Source: Psammoneis japonica (taxonomy: Eukaryota). Taken from it: a DNA stretch of 64,000 nucleotides. Numbering within the stretch: the first letter of the stretch is position 1; each line of letters starts with the position of its first letter. The position numbers and the translations under genes were made by a program. Under the pieces are notes generated by a model. It had not been told where the DNA came from, made no database searches, and worked only from the letters and a program-made list of their open reading frames with translations. Location of the stretch: positions 372,001 to 436,000 of the forward strand of contig QPGO01000069.1 of the NCBI GenBank assembly GCA_008632985.1. Reading direction: 5' to 3'. Positions 26,686 through 39,129 of the stretch are shown one piece after another.

Positions 26686-28319
26686 ATGATGAAACACTTG
26701 ATCTTTGTGTCATGCCTTGTTTCATGTATGGTTGGACCGGGTATTCAAGTTTGTGCTGACGCAACTAAAAATGACATGCCGGTTAAAGAAACGCGACAAA
26801 TTCGTGGTTCATGCAGGGAGTTGCCTAGCTTTGATCCGTCGGCTGATGTGGAAACCGTTGTAAGCTTTTTTGCAATGGGCGATACTCCATACAGCCTTGA
26901 ACAAAGGTATTGCCTGAATGAACAGCTACGCGGCATCAACATGACGGAAAATGACGCTATGTTTCAAATTCACGTGGGCGATATAAAACGCGGCCCGTGG
27001 CCTTGTAACGCATCTGCCTACAGCGACATTGCCGAAATGTACACTCATCCCAGCAATGCGGTGGACTACGATCCACGAGACTCTTTCTTTGTGGTTGGCG
27101 ACAACGATTGGACTAGTTGTGATAATCCAGAGCAAGCTTGGAAAATATGGACGGAACACTTCGGAATGAACAATCGGCACGGCTTTGGAACGTTTGCGCC
27201 GAAGAAAAATATTCGCGTGTCGAGACAAACCGGATCCTTTCGACTTCCCGGGGTGGATCGAAGCGAGAACTTTGCCTTTTTCACGAACAAAGTGGTGCGT
27301 CAAGATTTGGTCGTTGCCGTTCTGCTGGTTACCACCTGCTTCTCACAACGTTTCCTTGTCTCCATCCTGTAAAGTTATTTATCGGCTTGAATATTATAGG
27401 AGGGAAAGACTTCGGCGACGAGCGAAGAAGAATGCCCCAAAATCTAAAGTGGTGCGAGAAAAAGCTCAGATACTTTCGGAAACGCGGTATGAAGGCGCCG
27501 TACTGTTTGGCCACTCGCCTTTTATCAACCGAGGAGCCAAGAAGGATTATTTTGGTGAGCCTTTCCGTGATCTTTTAAAGAACGTCTATTCTGATTTACC
27601 TGTTTTATACATTCACGGCGACTGGCACGACTTTTGTACGCGGCCACTGGACGATAAGAATAATAATATTTGGGGACTTGAGCTGGAGGATGGTGGGTTT
27701 GCGCCTCCAGTATTGGTTTCTGTCATACGCAACAAGGACCCAAATGACGACAGATATTTGTTCAAGGTCGATCAAAGAGGAGGGTTATACTTGCCATTAG
27801 GTGCTTGCAAGCCGATCTACGAGAGAACATGGACGGAAGAGACGACTCAACAGCCTGAAGGGTCTCCGTACAAATTTGTTCGGAACCCGAAACGTCCTTT
27901 GGGGCTGTGCGAAGGAGAGTGAGTCGAACTTGTGCCATGTGTACTGTCGAACGATTCCAGAACTTCCGTTTCACTTACTTGTGTTCCGTTCACTTTCTAA
28001 AAGCTGTGATTCAAACGAAGACTGCGAAGATGGATTGGTGTGCTCAGAAGGAGTCCTTCCTGTTCTGGGTTGTATTGGTGATCGCAAACCCGGTAAGGAG
28101 TACTGTTACCGACCGCAAGCGAACACGCTCAGGTTTAAAGCTCGGAAGAAGAAAAATCCAGCAGCTTTTCCTCTAGATGCTTGCGAAGGGTTCTGCGCTA
28201 CCAATGCTGACTGTAAAGGCACACTGCAATGTACGAAGCGGAGAAAGGGGGGAAAGGTTCCCAATTGCGTTGGAGAAGCAAAGTTTGGAAAGAATTATTG
28301 TTACAATGCCACGGCGTAA
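26686..28319 (+). CDS. Paralogous secreted metallophosphoesterase with 2 frustulin-like Cys repeats
   Basis: Signal peptide; AMGDTPY, HVGDIK, VGDNDW, FGHS, IHGDWH; LGLCEG.CDSNEDC..EYCY and LDACEGFC..NYCY. Introns ~27295-27373 and ~27920-28000. Apparent 1-nt frameshift near 27495. Confidence 0.8.
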
Positions 28320-28436
28320 CGAAATGTATTCCCTCTGGAGGCAGACCCTCACAGGACGACCTCGATTTCTTGGAGCATGCCCGGGTGAGAGTGTAACGGA
28401 CCATAAATTTTGTTTACTAGTCATTGAAAAACTAGC

Positions 28437-31232
28437 CTAGGTTCGGTTTTCGCCATCTTCCTGGCTGAATATGTCTTTCTCAAAATCTGCGCTGGCATTG
28501 AGAAAGTGAAGCGAAGCCTGCAACGTTACGAGGGCATATCCTTCCTTACCCCGCAGCAAGTGCTCATCTCGAGCAAACTCCTCCAAGAAGCCAATTTCAG
28601 CGTTTATGTTAGGAACTTTTGCAGCGATGATATGCTGGCAAACCATTTTCAGGAGAGAGTCTGCGTTGATGACTTGCCCTCTTTGTTCTTGTGATTGTCT
28701 AGGCGTGGAGAACTTCGTCGATACTAGCTCAACAAAATGGACACATATTTGCAGTTTGCCCACCGCTGAATGTGCCTGAGAAATCGATTGAAGGGCCTCG
28801 ATGGCGGCCTCCGATATGCCTTCACGCCACTGAAGATGACTGCAACTATTCGCTGTTGACGCCTGATCCGCTTCGAAGGAGGAGATTCTTTCCAAGAGCT
28901 TCTCGTCGGCCGCATTTGTTTCTTCATTGATTTCTTCAAACACAGAATCGTAGAGTTCTCCAAAAACAAGGCCTTCTACTGCGGTTGCTGACATTTCGGT
29001 GATTTTGGGCGACGAAGCGAATCCCGGTCGAACTTCCAGTAGTGTTGCCGTCACGTGCTTGATTACTGCATGCGCATCTTGTCTTCTTTGTCTCTCTCCA
29101 TCCTTCACATTTATCTCCTCGTCCGCTGTCTTCTCGGAAGCCAATGAACTGTGTACAAGTCCTGCATTCTCCTCGACACTTACTCGGTCTCTATTGCTAC
29201 GTTCACGATGTTTTTTGATCAGGCATCGATAAACATGCCCAGGGAGACTGTACTTATCGTTCAGACTGCGATTGACCAATAGGATGACTTTGTCTTCAGT
29301 TGGAATCTCATACTCATCAGTCTCGACAATGTCCGTATCGCGGCGGTTCCGTTCCCTCTTGGCCATATCTGCTTTTCTACCAGAGGAAGTAGGAATCACC
29401 CCAAAAGACATACGTTTCATAGAGGGAGCCGTCTTGATGGCATCGGCACATATGTCGTCCCAAATCGGATCGACAATCACGTTCGGACGAACGAGTACAA
29501 CTTTTCGGCTATCGCCTTGGCCAAGGGTGAGGACGCGCTTCGCCTCCTTTTCTTGCAATTGCTGTGCGGTGAAACTGGCTGCCGCGACTCCGGCAACAAC
29601 CACACCAACGCCCACAGAAGATTCAATTATGACTCCAAGAACGCCGGCAGTCTGGAATAACTTGGCGCCAATAACAGCACCAGCAGGACCCGCCACAAGC
29701 AGACCCGCGGCACCACCGGCGATGCCACCTGCAACGGATACCAAGCCAAGTTTTCTGCGAGCCTGTGCAGAAGTTTTAGCGACGTCGAGGGTTCCTGAAG
29801 CCAGGCGCATCAACGGTTTTTCTTCTTGTTTTGGCGCAGGTTGCACCTCAGTTAACAGAGATTTGACGTCAACGTCCGTTCCTGTTGTCGTCCCATCCTC
29901 GGTCGAATCATTCACTTCTTCCTCCAATTGTGATTCGGCTCCCACCTCTTCTGCAGTGTCGTCGATTGTCTCTCCAGGATCCTTCTTTGGGCTCGGTCGG
30001 AAATACGCCAGAACACTATCCTGTAAAACACGCGACACGCTGGCGAACGGGTGCTTCTCGTAGTTGAGTGGTTCCTCTTTTTCGTCGGCGTCAGCATCCT
30101 CTTCAGATTCCTCCTCGACCGATGCTCGATCATTTACACTGTGACTCGCTGCACTTTGTATTCCCTCCAGTGACTCTTCACATGCCCAGTGCCGTGGAGG
30201 ACCTTCCGGCGTCCACACCATTATAATCTCGTCCTTTTCAATGTGAGATGACGACGAAGACGACGGAGTCAATGGAGCCTCCTCAGTATCATCAGATGGA
30301 AATGGAACCAGAAGAGCAGAAGAAGGTATTTTTCGCACTTGTGTAAAAGGGGACATGTCATGAACTGTTTCAGAAGCTTCTGTATCAGCCATTGCGATGG
30401 TTTCTTCTTGCTGCACGTGAACAATGTTTTCGTCGCTTGCGTTTTGATCTATTGTCTGGTTCTCTTCGGGTACTATGAGGGCTGCTTGTTGAACATGAAC
30501 AATGTTTTCGTCGATTTCATTTTGACTTATCTCTGCGTGATCCTCTTCGGATATCAGGACGGGTGCTTCTACCGGCGGGGTGCTTTCAATGACGTAGTCA
30601 TCTTCGTGTTCGTAAAGCTCAGAGCCATCGGAGGTGGATTGGTCGTCGGACAATGAAGCTACCAACGATGATGTAGGCGAAGGTGTTTTCATATCTTCAA
30701 ATGAATCACCAAAGGTATTTGACACGCTAGAGCTATTGGCTAGATCCTCAGGTTCAACGAGCTCTTCTTGGGCTTCTTCCTGAACATGGACGATGCTCTC
30801 CTCGAGCTTCTGCGATATGATGGGCTCATTTTGCGGCGCTAGGAGAACTCCAGACTGTTCTAGAAGGTCTTCTCGAGAATCATCTGTCGTCACGTCGTCA
30901 TCCATACCTACAACGGCTGTATTTACAGGGCAGGTCTTCGCCCACTTGGACTTGTCGGTCGAAAATGCACACGAGCGGTGGGCATAGGCTTTGCAAGCAA
31001 CACATCGTACAACCTGAGGTGCTTGTCCGATACCAAGCACAGAGTTGAGACGTTCGCCGCAACCAGAGCAGACCCGCATGGGCCCCGATATCAGAAACGA
31101 GACGGGGGCGAACGAGTGTTTGTGAACGGGATCGACGCACAATTGCAAGTTCTGCATCGTTTCAATCGTCTTTTCAACTGCCGCAGACGTGTCATCGCGA
31201 TCAAATTCTTCAGCCGGCATGTTGTCACCCAT
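28437..31232 (-). CDS. VPS9-domain (Rab5 GEF-like) protein with an N-terminal C1-type zinc finger
   Basis: Single long ORF. HSF..CSGC..CVAC..AH..C (C1-like). C-terminal INADSLL...EIGFLEEF...GKEGYALVTLQASLHFL (VPS9 signature). Confidence 0.85.
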   Translation of the reverse strand: MGDNMPAEEFDRDDTSAAVEKTIETMQNLQLCVDPVHKHSFAPVSFLISGPMRVCSGCGERLNSVLGIGQAPQVVRCVACKAYAHRSCAFSTDKSKWAKTCPVNTAVVGMDDDVTTDDSREDLLEQSGVLLAPQNEPIISQKLEESIVHVQEEAQEELVEPEDLANSSSVSNTFGDSFEDMKTPSPTSSLVASLSDDQSTSDGSELYEHEDDYVIESTPPVEAPVLISEEDHAEISQNEIDENIVHVQQAALIVPEENQTIDQNASDENIVHVQQEETIAMADTEASETVHDMSPFTQVRKIPSSALLVPFPSDDTEEAPLTPSSSSSSHIEKDEIIMVWTPEGPPRHWACEESLEGIQSAASHSVNDRASVEEESEEDADADEKEEPLNYEKHPFASVSRVLQDSVLAYFRPSPKKDPGETIDDTAEEVGAESQLEEEVNDSTEDGTTTGTDVDVKSLLTEVQPAPKQEEKPLMRLASGTLDVAKTSAQARRKLGLVSVAGGIAGGAAGLLVAGPAGAVIGAKLFQTAGVLGVIIESSVGVGVVVAGVAAASFTAQQLQEKEAKRVLTLGQGDSRKVVLVRPNVIVDPIWDDICADAIKTAPSMKRMSFGVIPTSSGRKADMAKRERNRRDTDIVETDEYEIPTEDKVILLVNRSLNDKYSLPGHVYRCLIKKHRERSNRDRVSVEENAGLVHSSLASEKTADEEINVKDGERQRRQDAHAVIKHVTATLLEVRPGFASSPKITEMSATAVEGLVFGELYDSVFEEINEETNAADEKLLERISSFEADQASTANSCSHLQWREGISEAAIEALQSISQAHSAVGKLQICVHFVELVSTKFSTPRQSQEQRGQVINADSLLKMVCQHIIAAKVPNINAEIGFLEEFARDEHLLRGKEGYALVTLQASLHFLNASADFEKDIFSQEDGENRT

Positions 31233-31544
31233 CTCAGAAATGCTCTTTCTCAATCACTGTTGCGCAATAATTCTCTCTTTATGATTCCCAAGCGATCGCT
31301 ATGCTGACGAACTGAGGCACAGGCTCTCATATTATTCTCATCGTCGATCGTCGCAGGGTTTTGTTCTCCTTTCCCGTTTCCCGTGTTCTTCTTCCGCACC
31401 AAGCACCAACGAAAGGGCAATCGCGTGTAGAACTCGCGTTGGAAATGTACCAGACTTCTCATTTTGAGCGCTCGGGAGTCCAAGTTCGTCTGCCTTCCCA
31501 CGTTGCGTCCACCGTAGCGCATTGCTCGAAAGGAGAAACTCACA

Positions 31545-32420
31545 TCGATCTCAGCCAGCGCCATCCCCGTCTTCACTGCCCAACTGGCTCGCTCCTTCCG
31601 ACATGCAACCCACGGCCTCGCCACCTCCACTGGTGACCCCCGACTCACATTCCCCTTCTACACTCGCTCTCTCCGAACTTGGGCTACATCGAGACAATCT
31701 CTCCATTTGCACCAAGTGTTCCGTCATTGCGGCAATGCTCTGCTGCCATGCCTGGACCCCCCGCCCCCCTCTCTCCCTGCTCCAGTTGAATCTCATCTGC
31801 CCAAGACCCTTTCTCACACCATGTGTCACCTGCGCTTTGCCGACCAACTCGATCACCTTCACCGCCACCATGGCCCGCCACACATCACCACTGTGCTCTC
31901 ATCCATCCTTTCGCCCCCAACAAGTCTTCCATTGCACTTTCTTGCTTGCTCCATGTCACCCCAATGCCTGTCACCTGCCACCGTCCAGCTTGTGTTGCAA
32001 TGTAAACCATGCCCACCCATGTCATCCAACCAGCCTGCTCCCATCCCCTGCCCATCCTGCTCTGGCACAGCTGACCCATGTGGAGATCATGCCGTTTGTT
32101 GCCGCTCTCTCGGCCTCAAAACCACTCTGTCCAACTCCTTGCAAGATGGCCTCTTTGCCATTCTCTAAACTGTCAGACCCCTGTCAGGACTGTGCACCAC
32201 CTCCTCAGATGTGCATCATGAACCCACCAACCTCATTCCACATTCACCACTCAAGAGCGCCCTGCTGACATTGGAGTCAAACTGACCCCTGCCTGCTCCA
32301 CTGCTGCACCCAGCACCCATTCTCATCTTGCTGTCAACATTGCCATCCAAGACCCTGTGACCAAGGCACACCATGCAAGCACAAAATGGAAATTCCATGG
32401 GGCTCACAAAACTCAACATG
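31545..32420 (+). mobile_element. Non-LTR retrotransposon 3' fragment (RLE-type zinc knuckle plus RPAD-like motif)
   Basis: PCPSCSGTADPCGDHAVCC...KTTLSNSLQD at ~32040-32150, then cgccctgctgacattgga (RPADIG) at 32258. C-rich and TA-depleted. Confidence 0.6.
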
Positions 32421-32499
32421 GCACTGCCATCATTGCTTTTCCTCAATTGATGCCGGCATCTGCCTTGTGCCATTCACCATTTCAAGAGCTCGCCAGCCA

Positions 32500-33105
32500 G
32501 AGGCCGCCACTTCAAATGATGCAGCTGACCCCCAAAGCAAGATGCAAAATGGCGGACAAAAAATCCAAAGGCATGTGGAACACCAACTCTGGTGGCAATG
32601 ACTTCCCCATGCAAGCAAGGTCAGGTTTGTTGGCACACTGGAAGAAGGCAATTTCTAGCTGCACACCAAAGAAGCGGTTGATGCTGCGGAGTGTTGCTTC
32701 AACCAAACCAAGGCAATCCAATGTGGTCAACCAATGCAAACGACCTCATTGAAAAGGTCAAAAAAAAGGAAGCCCAGAATGAGAGCATGGCACACCATCA
32801 GAAAGCCAAGGAACACTGGGCTCAGCTCAAAACACTCATGGAAAACCAGACCAAGCCCATGCTGTGGAAAGTGTCTCTCTCATGCCAAGACTGTCCCGGT
32901 TTGTTCAGGCTCACATGATTGGCTGGCAGCACGTTGATGACTGCAATCAGCTTCTAAAAAAGAATTTACCCCCATCTGGCCCCAATGACTTTGTGCGCTG
33001 TGGGCAAGGCCAAATCAGTCAAAGTGCTGTCTGGAAGACAGAGATCCCCCAAACCAAATTCTTGCTGGGGTGATGGACCCACCGCAGTTTTGTCATCTGG
33101 AAAAC
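32500..33105 (+). mobile_element. Crypton fragment B (N-terminal part; homologous to 1290-1830)
   Basis: gcaagcaaggtcaggtttgttggcacactggaagaaggcaatttc (32610-32655) matches the reverse complement of 1682-1726. ..SRFVQAHMIG..DDCNQ.. and PNQIL-like motifs follow. Confidence 0.8.
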
Positions 33106-34849
33106 ATTGCTGCTCTTGACCAGAACTCATCTGTGCTGAATGAGAACCCTGGGTTCTTAACAAGTGCCAGCCAATTGTGAACAAAGCAAATTTAACAATC
33201 ACTTCTAAAGTTGAAGCAGGAAAATGTGCCCAATCTACAGGTCTCCTCATTGCCCATTCAATCTTGACAAGATTGCAGCCACAGTGATTTTGACATGACT
33301 TGGTTTGTGTCCATGATCAAACAAACATGCAAAGCAGGAAACAACAATCAATGAAACTTGTGACTTCCAATCATTTGTTCATTTCTGACAATGACTGCAT
33401 TCATTCATCTCATTGAGATGCTTGTGCATCAGCTGTGTGCTGCTTGTTTCTACAGCGAACATGTTTTTGCTTCGTGTTTGTTGCTCTTCCCTCCTTGGCT
33501 TTGTCCTGTCTCCTGCCAGTGCTCCAGTGCTGCAGCTGTTCTCTGTTGTCTTGCATGATGGTGTGATGCTTTGCTTGCTGCATTCCTTGTCCCTTGCAAC
33601 TGCTCTCACTCACCACAGCTGCATGTTGTTTGTTCCATGTCATGACCTTGTCTCTTTTGCTTGTCATGCCACAGTTTGCCAAAGTGTTGCCTGCAAAGAA
33701 GAGAAAAGAGCTTGCAGCAGATCAGAGCATTGCATGCGTTTTATCTCAAATGGGCTTGGCTTTGTGCAAATGGCATTTCTGCTCACCTTTGTGTGGCTGT
33801 GACCTTGTCTTTTTTGTTTCTTGTGTCAGTTTGCCAAAGCATCATCTTCAAAAAAGAGAAAAGAGCATGCAACAGATGAGAGCATTGTGTGTTTTTTGTT
33901 TTGAATGTGCTTGGTGCAAACTCTGTTTCTGCTCACCTTTGTGCAGCCCCTGCAGGGCCATCTTCCCTTCTGGCTCCCCTTGCATGTCAACATGTCTGAG
34001 TGGAAAGATTGGCAAAAGCATCAGTTGTTTGCATTGTTGCCCAGGCTCCATGCACTTGCCAACTCAGTTCCTCTTCTGTTGCCTTCCCTTGCTGCTGTCA
34101 TTGTCATGATGTTGGATGAGCCCTGTGTTTTGTGTTCTGTGTCTTGTGAGGCAATGATGAATTGTGTGTTCTGGCAATGTTGAGCCTGTCTGCCTGCTGA
34201 TTCCTGTCAGCATTGTTTTTAGGTGACAATTTTGTTTTAAAATTCAACACTCACATTCAGTTTTGAAGGTTTGAAAATGATTTGAAATGACTTGAATGAA
34301 TCATCAAGTCACCAAGGTTTTGCATGTGTGTTTGCAGTTGGTCAATTTCTCATTTTTTATCGTGTTAATGTGTTCTTGTCAAGATGGCATTTTCACAGTC
34401 TTGCTGCCACACACCATCTTTTTTCAATTGCTCTGGGACTTCAATCTCCACAATCTGCTTGATGCCCTCACGACCACATTTTCTTTTTGGTGTGTTGCAA
34501 CAATGCTGCCCAAAAATGTGTGAACTGTCCCTGTGGAGGCAGTGGTGGGCCGGCCATCCTTCTGCTCTGCCAACTGCTCAAACACAGGTGGTGGTCTTGG
34601 CCATGGTGATGCAGGCGGGGCTTGCAGATCTCAAGCTGGACCTCAGCCACAAGAGTCCAGCAGGAGAAGCATTTGGAGAAACCAAGGCTCTGCCACCCTG
34701 GAGCTGCTGCAGCACCAACTGGCAATCCAGCCACTGCTGCCACCTCCATCAACAACAAAGCCACTGCCCACCAGACCAACTCAGCCAATGACCCCCACTC
34801 TCTGGTCATTCCACCCAAAGCTCTTGAATTTCTCATGCTTTGTCACAAA

Positions 34850-35830
34850 ATTCCCGTGATTGTTGTTGCATCCCCTGGCACCCAATGGAGTCTCCTGTGG
34901 CCATCCAAGACAACTGAGCACTTGCCCATCACACATGTGTTTCCTGGTCTCTGCAGGGGTGTGGTGGCTGGGCCAAAGCCAGGCATGTCAGAAAGAAAAG
35001 GGGCTGCATTGATGCAGGACAAGGCCTTTGCTCCCCAACCAAGGTTGTTGTTGGCTCCCCAGGGACACAAGCCAATGGAGTCACCCAAGGCCATCCAAAA
35101 CTGCTGGGCACTTGCACCGTCACACAAAAAGCTCTCTGGCTGCATTGACACAAGACAAGGCTTTTGATTCCCAACCATGGTGGTTGCTGGTTTTCCTGGG
35201 ACACAATGGAGTCATCCAAGGCCATTCAAAGACAACTGGGTGCTTGCACTGTCACACAGAAAGCTCCCTTGTCTCTGCAGGTGGGGTGGCTGGTGGGTCA
35301 AAGCAGTGACCCAAGCCAGCCAACATCAGAAAAACAAAAGGGGCTGTGTTGGCCCAAGACAAGGCTTTTCCTTCCAAGCCATTGTTGTTGTTGCCTCCTC
35401 CAGGACCCAATGAAGTCTCTTGTGCCCATCTCAAGACAACTGCCTGAGTGCTTGCACTGTCACACAGATGGCTCCCTTTTTTCTTTGCAGGTTGGTTGGC
35501 CACCAGGCCAAACCCAGTTGTGTCAGAGAGACAAGGTGCTGCATTGACACAAGACAAGCCTTTTGCTTCCCAGGCGTTGTTGTTGCTGGCTCCCCTGGGA
35601 TCCAATGGAGTTGCCAAAAGCCATCCCAAGACAATTGAGCACTTGCACTGTTGCACAGATGGTTTTCTTGCATCTGCAGGTGGGGTGGCTGCTGGGCCAA
35701 ACCCAGGCATGTCAGAGAGATGGACAAAGGGCTGCGTTGACAAAAGTCCTTTGCTCCCCAGCCGTTGTTGTTGTTGTTGTGTCCTCTGGGACCCAATGGA
35801 GTCATCCAAGGCCATCCCAAGACAATGGAT
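34850..35830. repeat. Degenerate tandem repeat array, ~130-200-bp units
   Basis: Recurrent caatggagtcatccaaggccatc..gacaact..cacttgcactgtcacacaga..ctgcaggtggggtggc at about 34880, 35075, 35205, 35405, 35600 and 35795. Confidence 0.75.
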
Positions 35831-36093
35831 CACACAATGCAAGGGCAGGACAAACATGATCTGCCATTGTCCACAAAGCTGCTGACCTGCTTGCTGAGGA
35901 CAGGACAGGTGTGCTCAAGGGTAAAACCAAGGGTGACAAAGACAACCAAGTTGCACTGTTTTACACAGAAGCAGGTTTTTGGGTTCTGGTTGCCTCCAAA
36001 ATGGGGCACAGTGGTGGCAGATCCAGGATGTTTGCATTCACTGGTTGGTGGGAGCTGCGCATGCTTCATGAGCTTCATCAGCTGAAAAAAAAA

Positions 36094-37538
36094 AGGCAGA
36101 GATCTGACAAATGGAGGAAAAGGGGAACAAATGAAGCTGTTCTTAACAAGATTAAAATGAGAACAAAATGAATCACACAGGTGACTTAACATGATGCTTT
36201 TGGGCCACATCCACGTGGCCATCACTGTGAATTTTGACAAAAACACTCATGACCCAGAAAATCAATTTTTCTTCTTTCCAAAATGCAGACACTCGATGCA
36301 ACTCAAGTCCACCATGGGATGAGTTTTGGCAATTGCAACATTGAACACCAAGTGTGAGAAACACTCAGAGAGCATGTTAAAACCTCAATGTGATCACAAG
36401 GTGTGGGTCCTGAAGAAAGGTTTTTTCACTCAATGCCTCCAATCATCATCTGAACTTTTCACTTGATTTCTTTGTTTCTTCTCTGCATCCCACATGACAG
36501 CAAATGTTTTGAAGGTCATCTAAAGTGGGGTGCATCATGAAGGTGCCCATCACTTGGACAATGCATGCAATGAAGATGATGCAGAAATGCACAAGCTCTT
36601 TCTTTGGCAGCGTTTTTCTTGTCAAAAACAAAGGCAAGCATGTCAATCCTTGCTTGTCACCATCATTTGCAACAATCAAATTGACTCAATGTCTGTGTTG
36701 TCAAACCATCCAAAAGTTTCAATCAATGGCTCAAACACCTCCTTCTGTGACCAAATGAGACAATCCTGGGCAGTTGTCAGGTGTGTCAAAAATCCATGCA
36801 AGTTCCTGAGGAGCCGCAAGCAGTTGGACCTTGGACCCTGTGAATGTGCCAGCTCCAACCAAATCAATTCACAGCACAGCTTAAATTGTTCACTTTGTCT
36901 GCAAAGAAGCATTTTCAAGTGGTCAATGCTTCTAAGATTGGGGTCAATTTGTAGAAAATGCCACTGGCAACAGGCAAATGACAACAGCTGGCTCAAGCCC
37001 TTCTGTCATTCACCCGTTTTCATCATTTTGCATGCATGGAATGATGCGCAGTTTGTCAACAATGCAGATTAAATGCTTTGCAATGGTCCAGGAAGCATCT
37101 GCCACATGGAAGGATGTTGAACATGAGCAACAGCAAGAGTCAATGAGCACAGTCAGTTCCATTTAACCATGAAGGTCAATTTGATCCAAGACTTGGTGAG
37201 TGCACAGGCAGCCCTGTCCTCTGGGCTCCAAGCACTGGAAATCATTGCTGCAATGATGAGAACAGCTTTTGTCAAAGAGCAATTTGACAGAGTGGCACAG
37301 ACAAGTGCTGTTGACAGCCAACCATGACTCCTGGGAGCCACATGCTGTGACCTCAAGGAGATGCAACATGCCACAAGAACAAATTGAACCAGCAAACTCT
37401 GGCATGCAGAGAAAACACTTGCACGAGCCACACAGGTGACTCAAACAAAGGCAGAGAGCTAACAAATGGAAGAAAAAAAATGAAACTGTTCTCAACAAGT
37501 TTAAGATGAGGACAAAATGAGCCACACAGGTGACTTGA
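36094..37538. mobile_element. Degenerate element bounded by ~95-bp direct repeats (36094-36190, 37450-37538); possibly a DNA-transposon transposase relic
   Basis: ggcagaga..acaaatgga..aatgaa.ctgttct.aacaag..taa.atgag.acaaaatga..cacacaggtgactt occurs twice. Internal minus-strand ORF fragments are not confidently assignable. Confidence 0.45.
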
Positions 37539-37799
37539 AAAAGCAAAAAATGTTCAATTGACCTTGTGCCCAGCTGTGTCCCAAACGTGTCCCAAAATCT
37601 GGGTTTCTCTTTGGCACATTTCTGTGCAAATTTGTTGCAGACTTTTGTCCTTGTTCAAGGCATGCTCAGAGCAAATGTGTGCGGTCACAGATTTTAGCAT
37701 GCACAATCATTGCATGCCTGGTGAAAGAAAAAATTGGCAAAACAAGAAGCAGCCAAATGAAAGGTCAAAGCACATGAGGAGACCCTCAAAACGGTCCTC

Positions 37800-38560
37800 A
37801 GGACTCTGCCCAATGTTGTCTCAAAGCCAGAGCTGTCAAGGACAGCACCAAAACTGGATTGTGGCTGTCAGTGCACCCATCAACACTGAATGGCACAGAA
37901 CTCTCATGTCAAGAGACCTGTGACATGCTCTTTTTGTGGTGTGGCAGTGGCCTGCTCCACCAGACCTCCCCAAGCACTGTGACAGATGTGGCTGCAAATT
38001 CTCTGTCAACCATGCCCTTCAGTGCAAGAAGGGTGGCATGGTCATCTCACAACACAATGAAGTGCATGATGACAACCAGATGACCCAATTGGCACAACTT
38101 GCAAACCTTCCCACATGCACAACAAATGAACCTGTTGTTGACCCTGCTGGTTGCATCTCAGGAAGCCCAAGCAAGTGACTCCAATGGCACCCCAGGCAAC
38201 ACCAACTCCAACAAGTCCAAGGATGGTGATTGCAAAGATCTTCTGGCCATGAGCTTTTGGGACACAAGGTCAGACATGGTGTCAGACATTTGTGCCCCTG
38301 ATGCAGGCATGAAGTCACACCCATCAAAAACACCAGAAGAGGTCCCATCAGACCATGAACATGACCCTTTGTTGCATCATGCAATGGACTGCTTGGCAAG
38401 GAAGCCAAGGCAATGCTTCTCCTTTTGATTGCATCAAAGCTGTCTGATGGGTGGCAAAAACCTTGTTTGGAAGCATGCGGCTGCATCAAAGTCAGGATGA
38501 TCTTCACAACAGTTTGGGTGACCCATTTTTGCCTCAGGGAGATCCCAAGTGGGAGGATGG
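37800..38560 (+). mobile_element. CRE-like non-LTR retrotransposon 3' fragment (CCHC plus restriction-like endonuclease)
   Basis: PPDLPKHCDRCGCKFSVNHALQCKKGGMVISQHNEVHDD (canonical C-x2-C..HAL.CKKGG..RHNEVRD), then DLLAMSFWDTRSDMVSDI (RGDLL.RGFW...D). Confidence 0.75.
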
Positions 38561-39129
38561 CACAGGTCTGTCCCTCAACAGGCATCAAGGGACCACAATT
38601 TGGTTGGAATCCACTCATCCAGACAGAGTGTTAACCCAGTGTCTCTGCAAAGACTGCCGATGTCAAGTTGACAAGATGATAAAACCCTGCCACAGTGTTG
38701 ATCATGGTGCCAGAATCCACTTGAATTTTGCATGCACAGACAATGAAAACTTGTGCAACAACTTCCTCTTGCTTGCATGACTGCATCAATTGCACAACAC
38801 CCATTCTCTCTAAAATTAGGAGCTTGTTATGAAGAATTTGGAGTTCTGCTGGACACAAGGACATTTGTGACTTAAAAACCACCCCATGAGCAAGACAAAA
38901 TTGAAAATTTTGCAAATTGATCATTTGTGGAAGCAATCAGCACAAATGTGAAAATTCTGATCGTCAATCAGTTCTCTTCTGGCTGAGCATGGAAACATGT
39001 CACAGATGGTTCTTTTGCTTGGCAATCCAGCAAGAGGCATTTTGAGGTGCAGGAGGTGGTGTGCGGCAGAACAGACACCTCACATTTTTGGATTAACCAA
39101 CAACCTCATCTGCCAGAAGGAGCAGAAAA

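Noticed and set aside
4900..27500. Single-base frameshifts in otherwise intact genes (~4935, ~7335, ~27495) as programmed frameshifting
   Set aside because: No slippery sites are evident; isolated 1-nt indels are more simply assembly errors and need read-level checking.
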